From Clostridia bacterium (lineage in GTDB: Bacteria; Bacillota; Clostridia; CAKSNL01; HGM11501): DNA of 64,000 nt. The position numbers and the translations under genes were made by a program. Of the stretch, positions 9,995 to 19,194 are shown piece by piece. Each line of letters opens with the position of its first letter. Position 1 is the first letter of the stretch. Location: the NCBI GenBank assembly GCA_045545475.1, contig JAZQAZ010000034.1, forward strand, positions 33,287-97,286, written 5' to 3'. The notes below the pieces were generated by a model. It did not search any database and was not told where the DNA came from. It worked only from the letters and a program-made list of their open reading frames with translations.

Positions 9995-11173
9995 TTACTT
10001 TAATTCTCTTGCACCATCGCCGATATCGAAGATGTAGAAGGATGCTTCATAGCCGATTTTTTCCTTATAAATCTTACCAACGGTTTCGATGAAATTATCT
10101 ATCGCATCATTTTTAACAATGCTTACTGTGCATCCGCCAAAGCCTGCACCTGTCATTCTGCTTCCGATTACGCCATCTACCTTCTGTGCGGTCTCAGCCA
10201 GGGTGTCAAGCTCAACGCCCGTTACCTCGTATAAATCCTTTAAGGAAGCGTGGGATTGATTTAAATACTGACCGAAGGTGGCAATGTCGCCTTTCTTTAA
10301 GGCTTCAACGCTCTTTAATACTCTGTCATCCTCGTAAATTACGTGGGTAACTCTGTTTTTAACGATTTCGTCCTTAATTACATCTTTGTGAGCTTCAAAC
10401 TCCGCAGGTGTGATTTCACCGAGGCAGGTTTTTTCGGGCATCACTTCGTGTAAAAGACGGAAGCCTTCCTCGCACTGACTTCTTCGCTCGTTGTATGCCG
10501 ATGCGCCAAGCTTGTGCTTTTTGTTGGTGTTGGAAAGAACCAACTTGCAGTCGCCGATTTCAGCGGGAACCATTTCACACTCCAATGTATCGCACTTTAA
10601 GAACATGGCCATGTTCTTAACACCGTTTGCCGATGCAAACTGGTCCATAATACCGCAGTTTACGCCGACATACTTGTTCTCGGCACGCTGTCCGATTAAG
10701 GCAAGCTCGGTTTTGTTAGCTTCTTTTCCGCCCATCTCGCCTGAGAAGGTGGAGAAAATCTTTGCTGTTACAACCTCGATTGCGGCAGAGGAAGAAAGAC
10801 CGCTTCCGTGGGGAACGCTGTCCTCATAGAGTAAGTCGGCACCCGTTAAAATGTAGCCGTCCTTCATAAGCTCGCAGAGTACGCCTGCCTGATAGTTGCC
10901 GTAGTCAATGTCCTTGTAGTCGCCGATTTTGTCAAGGTCAAGGGTTACGATTCCGTCTAAATCCGTTGCCTTTAAGCGTACAATTCTGTCCGCTCTTTTT
11001 CTTACCGCAACGGTGCTTTCTGCGGAAATTGCCGCAGGGAAAACGAAACCTCCGTTATAGTCGGTGTGTTCGCCTATCAAATTAACTCGTCCGGGAGAAG
11101 CGAAAAAACGGATTTCGCCGCCCTCACCGTAGATTTTTTCAAACTCTTTTTTAAGTGCACATAAATCTGCCAT
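9995..11173 (-). CDS. galK: Galactokinase
   Basis: GRVNLIGEHTDYNGG (galactokinase signature) and GHMP motif PHGSGLSSSAA. The start MADL.. has RBS aaagga. Confidence 0.93.
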   Translation of the reverse strand: MADLCALKKEFEKIYGEGGEIRFFASPGRVNLIGEHTDYNGGFVFPAAISAESTVAVRKRADRIVRLKATDLDGIVTLDLDKIGDYKDIDYGNYQAGVLCELMKDGYILTGADLLYEDSVPHGSGLSSSAAIEVVTAKIFSTFSGEMGGKEANKTELALIGQRAENKYVGVNCGIMDQFASANGVKNMAMFLKCDTLECEMVPAEIGDCKLVLSNTNKKHKLGASAYNERRSQCEEGFRLLHEVMPEKTCLGEITPAEFEAHKDVIKDEIVKNRVTHVIYEDDRVLKSVEALKKGDIATFGQYLNQSHASLKDLYEVTGVELDTLAETAQKVDGVIGSRMTGAGFGGCTVSIVKNDAIDNFIETVGKIYKEKIGYEASFYIFDIGDGARELK

Positions 11174-11235
11174 AAAAATCATCCTTTCGATCATTTGCTT
11201 TATATTCTATCATAAAACAAGATGATTTACAAGAA

Positions 11236-12768
11236 TTAATTTCTGAAATCAAAAGAAAGTGTGTTTCCGTCGGACTTGATTTCTTTCTCTGAAACGGCAC
11301 AGCCACAGGTAAGCTTAACCTTGTATGAAACGCCCGAAAAGGAAAGTGTAAGTTCCTTTTCGCTTACACTTTTCACTTCATAGGAATGGGGGCATTCGAT
11401 GCCGATTGCATTTTTAAGTGTAAAGGGCATTTTGCCTTCAATTTTCATGCCGCTTTCCGTGAGAGTAATCGTAATGTCTGAAAATTCAGCTTTGGCAGAG
11501 CCGTTGCTCAAATCTGTAAATTTCATTTCGCTATTTTCGGGAAAGCTTCCGTCTTCAAATGTAATAAATCCGCCTGCTCTCACGCCTTTCCCGGTAAAGC
11601 GACAGCCGTCAATAAAGGGAAGTGCCTCGTAAGTTGCACAGTTTTCGGTGCATACGGAATCAAGGAAGGGGTCTTTAAGGCTGTCAGAATAAATGTGAAG
11701 ATCGCGGATACGTACGCCTTTTTCGTCGGAATAAATATTAACTCTGAAAAATTTGCTTGAATACCAGAGGGAATTTTTGCCCTCGTCGTCAAAAGCAGTG
11801 TGCGCCGTAATTGCCGAGGCGGGAGTGTCGGAAAAGGTTTTTTTATACCATCTGCCCGTTTCGCCTGCTGTTTCAACGGTGATTTTTCCCTCCCTCTGAA
11901 GCTTTTCAAAAAGCGGGAACTGATAATTAAGCCCATCTTTCATTTTGCTCCAGCCGAAGGAATTTTCCTGACCTGCCTGGGTATAGCCAAAGGAAAGACA
12001 GTCGCCGTTAAAGTTTTCCTTCATATACCAGTCAATCCATTTTGGGTTTCCGCCGCATCCGGGATATACAGGCTCTAAAGAGATAACGTCCTGGCGATTG
12101 TAGCTTTCTGCATTTTCATCAAGCTTGTAGTCATATTGATAAACAGGGTCCGATCCCAGCATTCTGAATAGGGGCACCGGCAGCATATTTTCCTTATTTA
12201 CAGCAGGAAGGAACACGTTTTTGCGGTTGGGATAATAGCCCTGACCGTAGTATCCGCCCCAGAGGGTGTATCCGTCGGTGCCGAACTGCTCTTTACAGTT
12301 CATAAAAGCATCAATGCCGTAGTGCTCGTTGGCATATACTGCCGTGTGGGAATCAAAAAGCCAGGAGCCGAAGGTTTTGGGATAGCAGCCAAAAACCTCG
12401 TGGAATTTTGAGAAAAGTACATCGATGAGCTTTTCGCGTTCTTCTTTTGTGTAGCCCACGGAAAAGCCTGTATCTGTGTGCCAGTCCCAGGAATAGCGTC
12501 CGCGCCATGTAAGATTTGCCGCTTCAACGTGGGGCTGGGTGATTTCATACCAAACGCCGATTTCAAACTGACCGGGGTCAAGCTCCTTTAAAAGATCCTG
12601 ATAAAAGGGCATAATCAGTGCATCATACTGAAGCAGAAAGGTTGCCTTTAAATTGTGCTTTTTAAGAAGAGAAATCTGTTCCTTTACGGGAGTTTCCAGA
12701 TCCATGGGAAGACGTGGTTCAACGGCTCTTATAAAGTTTACTATATTTACAATTTGTCTTTTTTTCAT
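11236..12768 (-). CDS. Hypothetical cytoplasmic carbohydrate-active-like protein (510 aa)
   Basis: The internal ATG at 12768 has RBS aaaaggag. The track's upstream 66 codons run through the divergent promoter region. Adjacent to galK. No confident family. Confidence 0.5.
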   Translation of the reverse strand: MKKRQIVNIVNFIRAVEPRLPMDLETPVKEQISLLKKHNLKATFLLQYDALIMPFYQDLLKELDPGQFEIGVWYEITQPHVEAANLTWRGRYSWDWHTDTGFSVGYTKEEREKLIDVLFSKFHEVFGCYPKTFGSWLFDSHTAVYANEHYGIDAFMNCKEQFGTDGYTLWGGYYGQGYYPNRKNVFLPAVNKENMLPVPLFRMLGSDPVYQYDYKLDENAESYNRQDVISLEPVYPGCGGNPKWIDWYMKENFNGDCLSFGYTQAGQENSFGWSKMKDGLNYQFPLFEKLQREGKITVETAGETGRWYKKTFSDTPASAITAHTAFDDEGKNSLWYSSKFFRVNIYSDEKGVRIRDLHIYSDSLKDPFLDSVCTENCATYEALPFIDGCRFTGKGVRAGGFITFEDGSFPENSEMKFTDLSNGSAKAEFSDITITLTESGMKIEGKMPFTLKNAIGIECPHSYEVKSVSEKELTLSFSGVSYKVKLTCGCAVSEKEIKSDGNTLSFDFRN

Positions 12769-12964
12769 AAAAAAGTCTCCTTTTCCATTTTTTGCGATTA
12801 TACTGCCGCTCGCATAAAAAGTCAACCGAAAACAGAGAATTGTGTTATTAAATTTAATTTTGTACGATTTTATAATTTTAAAATGTACTTGTATAAAATG
12901 GGAAATTGATGTATAATGAATAAAATATGCAGAGAATGCATTTTGCAAAAAAGGAGGGAGAACC

Positions 12965-13648
12965 ATGCTTCTTGAAGATGAAAAAATTGAAGAGCTTGGG
13001 ATTGAAGGCTTAAGGCTTATTCAATCGGACAAGCTTTTTAAGTACGGCACTGATGCGGTGCTTCTTTCAAAATTCGCCAAGGTGAAAAAAGGTGGCGAGG
13101 TTTTGGACTTTTGCACAGGAAGCGGAATAATTCCTCTCCTTATGTATGCCCGAAACAAGGAATGCTCCTTCGATGCCCTTGAAATAACGGAAAAAGCCTC
13201 GGATATGGCAAGGCGGAGTATGGAATTAAATAACCTTTCCGATAAAATAAAGGTAACAAAGGGCGATATCAAAAACGCCCGTGAAATTTATAAGGGCAGA
13301 CAGTTTGATTTAATAACCTGCAATCCCCCTTATATGGATGCAGGGGGAGGTTTAGTTAATCCCGACACGGATAAAGCCTGTGCAAGGCATGAAATTTTCT
13401 GCACGCTGGAGGATGTAATAAGGGAAGCATCCCACTTAGTGCGTCCCGGCGGATTTTTCTCAATGGTGCATCGTCCACGCCGCTTAACCGACATAATGTG
13501 CTTTATGAGAGAGTATAAGTTAGAGCCGAAACGCCTCACCTTCGTGGCAGACTCACCGGGTAAAGAGCCTGATATGATTTTGATTGAAGGTTTGAAATGC
13601 GGCGGAAAGTTCTTGAAAACAGACATCCTCTATTTAAAGGAGAATTGA
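12965..13648 (+). CDS. trmN6: SAM-dependent N6-adenine methyltransferase, tRNA1(Val) m6A37 type (YfiC/YabB-like)
   Basis: SAM motif VLDFCTGSG and catalytic NPPY (ITCNPPYMD). Sits directly upstream of rsmI, as yabB-yabC does in Bacillus. Confidence 0.75.
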   Translation: MLLEDEKIEELGIEGLRLIQSDKLFKYGTDAVLLSKFAKVKKGGEVLDFCTGSGIIPLLMYARNKECSFDALEITEKASDMARRSMELNNLSDKIKVTKGDIKNAREIYKGRQFDLITCNPPYMDAGGGLVNPDTDKACARHEIFCTLEDVIREASHLVRPGGFFSMVHRPRRLTDIMCFMREYKLEPKRLTFVADSPGKEPDMILIEGLKCGGKFLKTDILYLKEN

Positions 13649-13649
13649 T

Positions 13650-14486
13650 ATGGCAGGAAAACTTTATTTATGTGCAACACCCATCGGAAATTTGTCCGAT
13701 ATTACTCTTCGCTGTTTAGAAGTTCTGGAATCGGTTGACTTAATTGCGGCGGAGGATACAAGGCACACCTTAAAATTACTTAACCATTTTGAAATTACAA
13801 AGCCATTAACCAGCTACTATGAGCATAACCGAAAGGAAAAAGGCTATATGCTGGCAGATGAAATACTGGCAGGTAAAAATATCGCCCTGGTTTCCGATGC
13901 GGGCACTCCCGCAATCAGCGACCCCGGCGAGGATCTGGTTGCAATATGCATAGAAAAGGGGATTGATGTTGTCCCCGTTCCCGGATGCGTTGCGGCTATA
14001 AATGCTTTAATCGGAAGCGGTATGCCCACGGGCAGATTTTGCTTCGAAGGCTTTTTAAGCGTAAACAAGCAAAGCAGAAAAGAGCATTTAGAGGCGATAA
14101 AAGACGAAACAAGAACGATGATTTTCTACGAAGCTCCCCATAAATTACTTGCTACATTAAAGGATTTTGAAAAGGTGTTCGGTGGTGACCGCAGAATTTC
14201 CCTTTGCCGTGAGCTTACTAAAATCCACGAGGAATATGTAAGGCTTACTGTTTCCGAGGCAATAGCTAAATATGAAGAAACGCCCCCAAAGGGAGAGTTT
14301 GTGCTGGTGGTATCGGGGGCAGAGGAAAAAATCGAGGACTTTTCATCCTTGTCCATATCAGACCACGTTGAAATGTATATAAACGAAGGTTTATCTGAAA
14401 AGGACGCCATGAAGGCGGTTGCAAAGGACAGAGGAATTAAAAAAAGCGATATATACGCAGAATATAAATTAGGGAAGTGCGACTAA
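13650..14486 (+). CDS. rsmI: 16S rRNA (cytidine1402-2'-O)-methyltransferase
   Basis: LYLCATPIGNLSDITLR..L..VDLIAAEDTRHT and SDAGTPAISDPG are RsmI hallmarks. Confidence 0.93.
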   Translation: MAGKLYLCATPIGNLSDITLRCLEVLESVDLIAAEDTRHTLKLLNHFEITKPLTSYYEHNRKEKGYMLADEILAGKNIALVSDAGTPAISDPGEDLVAICIEKGIDVVPVPGCVAAINALIGSGMPTGRFCFEGFLSVNKQSRKEHLEAIKDETRTMIFYEAPHKLLATLKDFEKVFGGDRRISLCRELTKIHEEYVRLTVSEAIAKYEETPPKGEFVLVVSGAEEKIEDFSSLSISDHVEMYINEGLSEKDAMKAVAKDRGIKKSDIYAEYKLGKCD

Positions 14487-15133
14487 TGGAAAAGACAAGA
14501 ATGATTTTCGTCCGCCACGGCGAAAGCGAAGGAAATAAGGTACACGCCTTTTTGGGCCATTCCGATGCCAATCTTTCGGAAAAGGGACACCTTCAGGCGG
14601 AAAAGACAGCGGAATACTTAAAAAACGAAAAAATTGACGCGTTTTATTCAAGTGACCTAAAGAGAGCCTATCAGACGGGCTGTCACATCGCAGGCCGTCA
14701 CGGATGTGCACCCATTCCGGATGAGCAGCTTCGTGAGGTTTTTGCAGGTGAGTGGGAATGGAAAAAGTTTGAGGATTTATTAATAGAATATCCCGTAAGC
14801 TTCGGCATATGGAAGGATAACGTGGGCGAGGCACACCCCGACGGGGGCGAGGCGGTAAGTCACCTTTATGACAGAATTATAAAAAGGGTTTGGGAAATTG
14901 CAAGGGAAAACCTTGGCAAAACCGTTTTAATCACGTCCCACGCAACGCCGATCCGTGCCCTTCGCGCCTATTGGGAAGGCTTGCCCGCCGGGGATATGAA
15001 GCTTTTCCCCTGGGCAAGCAATGCTTCGGTTTCAATTGCAGATTACTATGAGGATGGTCACATTGAGCTTGTATGCTACAGCGACGATTCTTTTATGGGG
15101 GATATTGCAACAGCATTACCCAAGAATGTGTAA
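14486..15133 (+). CDS. Histidine phosphatase family protein (phosphoglycerate mutase-like)
   Basis: RHGES motif (MIFVRHGESEGN) and a downstream ITSHATPIRAL His. TAATG overlap with rsmI. Confidence 0.8.
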   Translation: MEKTRMIFVRHGESEGNKVHAFLGHSDANLSEKGHLQAEKTAEYLKNEKIDAFYSSDLKRAYQTGCHIAGRHGCAPIPDEQLREVFAGEWEWKKFEDLLIEYPVSFGIWKDNVGEAHPDGGEAVSHLYDRIIKRVWEIARENLGKTVLITSHATPIRALRAYWEGLPAGDMKLFPWASNASVSIADYYEDGHIELVCYSDDSFMGDIATALPKNV

Positions 15134-15235
15134 GGGAAAAATTTTCACTTGTCAACGTCAGCGGCGAATATTTCCTGTTTGTAATGCTCTTTATGATATT
15201 AAGAAAATCAATAAGAACATATGAAAGGACACAGA

Positions 15236-15472
15236 ATGATTGATAAGAAAAAAATCGAGGAATTGTTCAATTACAGTGCAACTATTCCTCTGAACAATGA
15301 AGGACTTAGAAAAGAATATAGGAAGAATTTGTTGTCGGAACTTGGAGAAAACAAGGAAGAGGTTATCCTTTTTATCTCGAATGCAGACGATGACACACGT
15401 TTTATGCTGGATGAAATCTATGAGGAACTGGCTGAGAAGTTTGGCGAAGAGATTGATGATGTGTTGTATTAA
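15236..15472 (+). CDS. Small acidic hypothetical protein (78 aa)
   Basis: ATG 15236 lies 6 nt after aaagga. Strongly acidic C-terminal half. No family recognised. Confidence 0.4.
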   Translation: MIDKKKIEELFNYSATIPLNNEGLRKEYRKNLLSELGENKEEVILFISNADDDTRFMLDEIYEELAEKFGEEIDDVLY

Positions 15473-15536
15473 AAATTAGAACCTCAAAAGCTTCTCGCAG
15501 GCTATTACTTTGAAGGAACAAAGATGAAACAAAGGG

Positions 15537-15812
15537 GTGCTATTTTTGAACAGTACAGTATTCACGGTTTTTGTTTTACCTTATTTTATCGGAATAATTA
15601 TAAGACTGATATTTGTTAAGTGGAAAAAAGGATATATTTTAACGGGAGCTTTTGCTGCTCTCTCGGTTATAGCGTGGATATGGACAAAGCACCTTACAAA
15701 TCACGGAGTTGACGGAACTGTAATGCTTTGGGCTTTGATGATGACAGAGCTTACTGTGGGGGCCTTGATTACAGGCGTAATAAGGCTTTTAATAAAAAAG
15801 CTAAAGCGTTAA
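15537..15812 (+). CDS. Small membrane protein (about 90 aa, 3 TM)
   Basis: Hydrophobic helices. The start is uncertain (GTG 15537 or TTG 15546 after aaagggg). Confidence 0.4.
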   Translation: MLFLNSTVFTVFVLPYFIGIIIRLIFVKWKKGYILTGAFAALSVIAWIWTKHLTNHGVDGTVMLWALMMTELTVGALITGVIRLLIKKLKR

Positions 15813-15828
15813 AAATGCTTTAGCTATC

Positions 15829-15862
15829 GGCATAACGCTTTGGCGTTGTGCCTTTTATTTTT
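15829..15862. repeat. Left copy of a 34-bp perfect direct repeat (orphan copy of the araC-family gene 3' end)
   Basis: ggcataacgctttggcgttgtgccttttattttt is identical to 16407-16440. On the minus strand it reads KIKGTTPKRYA followed by DS*. Confidence 0.9.
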
Positions 15863-16358
15863 ATGTATCGGATAACATGTTGCATATGTCTCTGACAATA
15901 TCATCAATATTTTTTTCTGCTGTAATAGGTGTTTCGTTCAACACATCGGAAAAATCTTTTTCGCGCCACCATCTGCGCATATCTTCCTCACCAAATTCAT
16001 GGCAATTGGATTTTGTCTGATGTCTCTTCAAAGTTTCCTCGAAAGGTAAATCAAAATAGAAAGCGTATATTTCCGAATTATATAGTTTATTGGAGAGTTC
16101 AAATAATGGCTTATACCAATCTGCATTCATTATTCCTTCCAATATAACGATATCGCAATGCTTGTGACCGTATATCAAAAGTTCTTTCATAAGCGGCAGT
16201 GCGAGGGTGTTTTCGCCATCTTTAACTTTAAGCATATCTCTTCTTATTACATCCTGCGAAATAAGCATAGTATTAAATCCGAATCTGTCTTGTAATTCTC
16301 TCGCAATCGTGGATTTTCCGCTGCCTGAATTACCTCGGAGTATAATTAATTTTTTCAT
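15861..16358 (-). CDS. P-loop kinase / AAA-type NTPase (165 aa)
   Basis: Walker A ILRGNSGSGKSTIA close to the N-terminus. Size and layout fit a small-molecule or nucleotide kinase fold. RBS agaggtg. Confidence 0.7.
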   Translation of the reverse strand: MKKLIILRGNSGSGKSTIARELQDRFGFNTMLISQDVIRRDMLKVKDGENTLALPLMKELLIYGHKHCDIVILEGIMNADWYKPLFELSNKLYNSEIYAFYFDLPFEETLKRHQTKSNCHEFGEEDMRRWWREKDFSDVLNETPITAEKNIDDIVRDICNMLSDT

Positions 16359-16394
16359 ATTTACACCTCTATGAAAATTTATAATTCTATCTGC

Positions 16395-17216
16395 CTAAAT
16401 ATCATTGGCATAACGCTTTGGCGTTGTGCCTTTTATTTTTTTAAAAAGCTGAACGAAATAGGGAACGTCGGAAAAGCCTGAGCCTTCCGCCGCTTCCGAC
16501 ACGGAAGAGCCGTTTTTAAGCATCTTGCATGCCTCGGAAATCCTTACCCCGTTAAGATAGGAAAGGTATGTAATTCCCGCACTTTCCCGAAACTTTGTGC
16601 AGAAATAAAACTTACTGTAGCCCATTTTTTCCGCTATGTCGGAAATAGAAATTTTCTCACGGAAATGAAGCTTGGTATAGTTTATAATTTCCCGAAGCTC
16701 ACTTTCGTCAAAGGCGTTACCCGATGGGAGAACTTCCTCACGGCTGAAGGTGCGAAGATGAGAAAAAAGGGATACGGCAATGCTTGTTGCCGAAAATATA
16801 TCTTCGGCTTTTGCCAAAGCGTTCACAATGGGCAAAATTTCATCAAAGCAGTCGGGATTTACGTCAATTGACATAAGGCTTTTTCCCTCGGATGCCAAAA
16901 GTGCCTCAAAGCTCAAAAAGGGCGAAAAGCCCTCGGGGGAAAGCTTTACGTTTAAGAGATTACCGCTGCTTTTTTTATAGCTCATTGAATGAACTGTTTC
17001 CGGCGGAATATAAAAAACCTGATTGCCCGACAGCTTATAGCGGTGTCCTCCTATAATCACCTCGCCCGTCGCCCCTGAAAAAAGCAAAATCTCAACAGTT
17101 TCCGCATAGTGGGGTGCGACAAGCTCATCACGGTCAAAGGTCGTATAAATCACCGAAAAAGGTATGCTTTTTGAAAAATCTTTATGCTCTTTAAAAGCGG
17201 TGAAAATATTGTTCAT
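16395..17216 (-). CDS. AraC family transcriptional regulator (cupin sensor plus HTH)
   Basis: C-terminal AraC HTH (ISDIAEKMGYSKFYFCTKFRE..G.T...YL). Divergent from the glycyl-radical-enzyme operon. Confidence 0.85.
   Translation of the reverse strand: MNNIFTAFKEHKDFSKSIPFSVIYTTFDRDELVAPHYAETVEILLFSGATGEVIIGGHRYKLSGNQVFYIPPETVHSMSYKKSSGNLLNVKLSPEGFSPFLSFEALLASEGKSLMSIDVNPDCFDEILPIVNALAKAEDIFSATSIAVSLFSHLRTFSREEVLPSGNAFDESELREIINYTKLHFREKISISDIAEKMGYSKFYFCTKFRESAGITYLSYLNGVRISEACKMLKNGSSVSEAAEGSGFSDVPYFVQLFKKIKGTTPKRYANDI
16407..16440. repeat. Right copy of the 34-bp direct repeat (functional 3' end of the araC-family gene)
   Basis: Identical to 15829-15862. Here it encodes KIKGTTPKRYA followed by NDI*. 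Confidence 0.9.
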
Positions 17217-17323
17217 AGCCCCATTATATATTAAATAACAAAATATTGCAACATTTTTCCTTAATATTTCCCATTGAAACGGGACTTTTTTCGCACTATA
17301 ATATAATAAAAGGAGGTTTTATT

Positions 17324-18427
17324 ATGATTAAAGCTGTAATTATTGGTTGTGCACATATGCACGTTAACGAAATTGCCTTATATATAACCGAGGCGGAGGG
17401 GATAAATCTGGTTGCCGCCGCCGACCTTGTGCCGGATACCGCAGAAATCGTAAAGGCGAGATACACAAGGGACTGGAATAAGGAAAACATTAAAAATAAC
17501 TATTGTGACAACATTTACGACGACTATATTAAAATGCTTGATACTGAAAAGCCTGACTGGGCGTTTATCTTAACGGAGAACAAAAACAAGCCTGCCGTGG
17601 TGGAAGAGTGTGCAAAAAGGGGAATTAACGTAAGCATCGAAAAGCCCATTGCCGTAAGCTATGAAGAGGCATTAAAAATCGAAGAATCCGTTAATAAGTA
17701 CGACATCGAGGCAATTGTAAACTGGCCCGTAATCTGGCGCCCCTATATGTATGAAATGATAAATGCATATAGACTCGGTCTGGTGGGAGACCTTAAAAAG
17801 CTTTACTACATAAACGGTCACACAGGCCCCCTTGGTGCAGGTGCAAAGCACAGAGGCGTTTCCGACACCGCCGAGGAAATGACGGACGAGGCAAGAAGCA
17901 AAACCTGGTGGTATCAGAAGAATCAGGGCGGCGGTGCCATCCTTGACATTCTGTGCTACGGTGCAATGTATTCTGCACTATTACAGGAAGGCGATGCAAA
18001 AAGCGTTTATGCCTATTCCGACAACTTAAATACGCCCTACTCCGATGCGGAGGACAACGTGAGTGCGGTAATCAAATACGATAACACCTACACCGTTGCC
18101 GAGGGAACATGGACAATTCCTCAGCTTGTTCTTCCTGGCGGCCCCGTACTTATGTGCGAAAAGGGTGCAATTTACACTAAAAAGGAAGACGGTGTATGCA
18201 CCGTTCTCGCTGTTGATATGTACGGAAATCCCTTGGAAATTCCCAAATGCGAATTTCCAAAGTATATGAAAAACATTGCAGAGCATCTTACTTATGTAAA
18301 GAAAACGGGTTCGCCCCTTACAAAGGAAGTAACCCTTTCACAGAATATGAAGGTTATGGCAATTTTAGATGCGGCGAAAAAATCCACCGAATCGGGATGC
18401 GAGGAAAAGGTAGTATGCAGACCGTAA
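17324..18427 (+). CDS. Gfo/Idh/MocA family NAD(P)-dependent oxidoreductase
   Basis: N-terminal Rossmann segment MIKAVIIGCAHMHVNE and the EKP motif (VSIEKPIAVS). ATG 17324 follows aaaggagg. Confidence 0.85.
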   Translation: MIKAVIIGCAHMHVNEIALYITEAEGINLVAAADLVPDTAEIVKARYTRDWNKENIKNNYCDNIYDDYIKMLDTEKPDWAFILTENKNKPAVVEECAKRGINVSIEKPIAVSYEEALKIEESVNKYDIEAIVNWPVIWRPYMYEMINAYRLGLVGDLKKLYYINGHTGPLGAGAKHRGVSDTAEEMTDEARSKTWWYQKNQGGGAILDILCYGAMYSALLQEGDAKSVYAYSDNLNTPYSDAEDNVSAVIKYDNTYTVAEGTWTIPQLVLPGGPVLMCEKGAIYTKKEDGVCTVLAVDMYGNPLEIPKCEFPKYMKNIAEHLTYVKKTGSPLTKEVTLSQNMKVMAILDAAKKSTESGCEEKVVCRP

Positions 18428-19194
18428 AAGGAATCGTCGCTGACATTCAGCGCTCATCCATCCACGACGGGCCGGGGATAAGAACCACCGTGTTCTTAAA
18501 GGGCTGTCCCTTAAACTGCAGTTGGTGTCACAACCCCGAATGTATAAAAAAAGAGCCCGAAACCCTTTTCTATCCCGAAAAGTGCATCGGCTGTAATATG
18601 TGCGATAAGGGTTGTTTTTCCGGGGCAAAAGTCATTTGCGGAAAGGAAATGACTTCTTACGAGGTTTTAGCCGAGGTTATGCTTGATAAGGCATATTATA
18701 AAAACGATGGCGGCGTCACTTTCTCGGGGGGCGAGCCTATGCTGCAAAAGGAATTTGTGGCGCACCTTTCCGACCTTTGTCACGAAAACGGAATCAACAC
18801 AGCCATTGAAACATCAATGTATATTTTCGACAGCGACGTTTTATCGAAAATGGACTACATAATGTGCGACGTTAAAATATGGGATGACGAAAAGCACAAA
18901 AAATACACCGGCGTGTCGGGCGAAAAAATAAGGGAAAACATTAAAAAAGCGGATAAGCTTGGTATCCCGATTTTAATAAGAACGCCCATAATACCGGGAA
19001 TTAATGACACGGTTGATGAAATTAAAAACATAAAAAGCTTCGTTATGTCCCTTGAAAATGCGGCAGGTTATGAGCTTTTGCCCTATCATCCGCTGGGAGA
19101 CGGGAAGAGGGCGGCGTTGGGACTTATCGCACCCGAATTTAACATTCCCGAAAAAGAAAAAATGGAGGAATTAAAAAGCTATGCTCACATATAA
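18415..19194 (+). CDS. Glycyl-radical enzyme activating protein (radical SAM)
   Basis: SIHDGPGIRTTVFLKGCPLNCSWCHNPE (CX3CX2C) plus an auxiliary CIGCNMCDKGC cluster motif. Overlaps the upstream gene by 13 nt and the downstream gene by 14 nt. Confidence 0.9.
   Translation: MQTVKGIVADIQRSSIHDGPGIRTTVFLKGCPLNCSWCHNPECIKKEPETLFYPEKCIGCNMCDKGCFSGAKVICGKEMTSYEVLAEVMLDKAYYKNDGGVTFSGGEPMLQKEFVAHLSDLCHENGINTAIETSMYIFDSDVLSKMDYIMCDVKIWDDEKHKKYTGVSGEKIRENIKKADKLGIPILIRTPIIPGINDTVDEIKNIKSFVMSLENAAGYELLPYHPLGDGKRAALGLIAPEFNIPEKEKMEELKSYAHI

Noticed and set aside
9602-10003. ORFs 9602..9955 (minus) and 9746..10003 (plus) overlapping the Pro-rich tail of the repeat protein
   Set aside because: They are alternative-frame or antisense readings of a GC-richer proline/glutamate-coding stretch and the terminator. 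They have no RBS and low-complexity products.
12769-12966. 66-codon N-terminal extension of the 11236 gene
   Set aside because: The extension crosses the AT-rich divergent promoter region and meets the start codon of the divergent methyltransferase gene (12965). The internal ATG at 12768 has a proper RBS and begins the conserved-looking sequence.
17246-18414. Track N-terminal extensions of the Gfo/Idh/MocA gene (17246-17323) and the activase gene (18247-18414)
   Set aside because: The internal ATGs at 17324 and 18415 have RBSs and start exactly at the Rossmann and radical-SAM N-terminal motifs. The activase extension is simply an alternative frame of the upstream gene.
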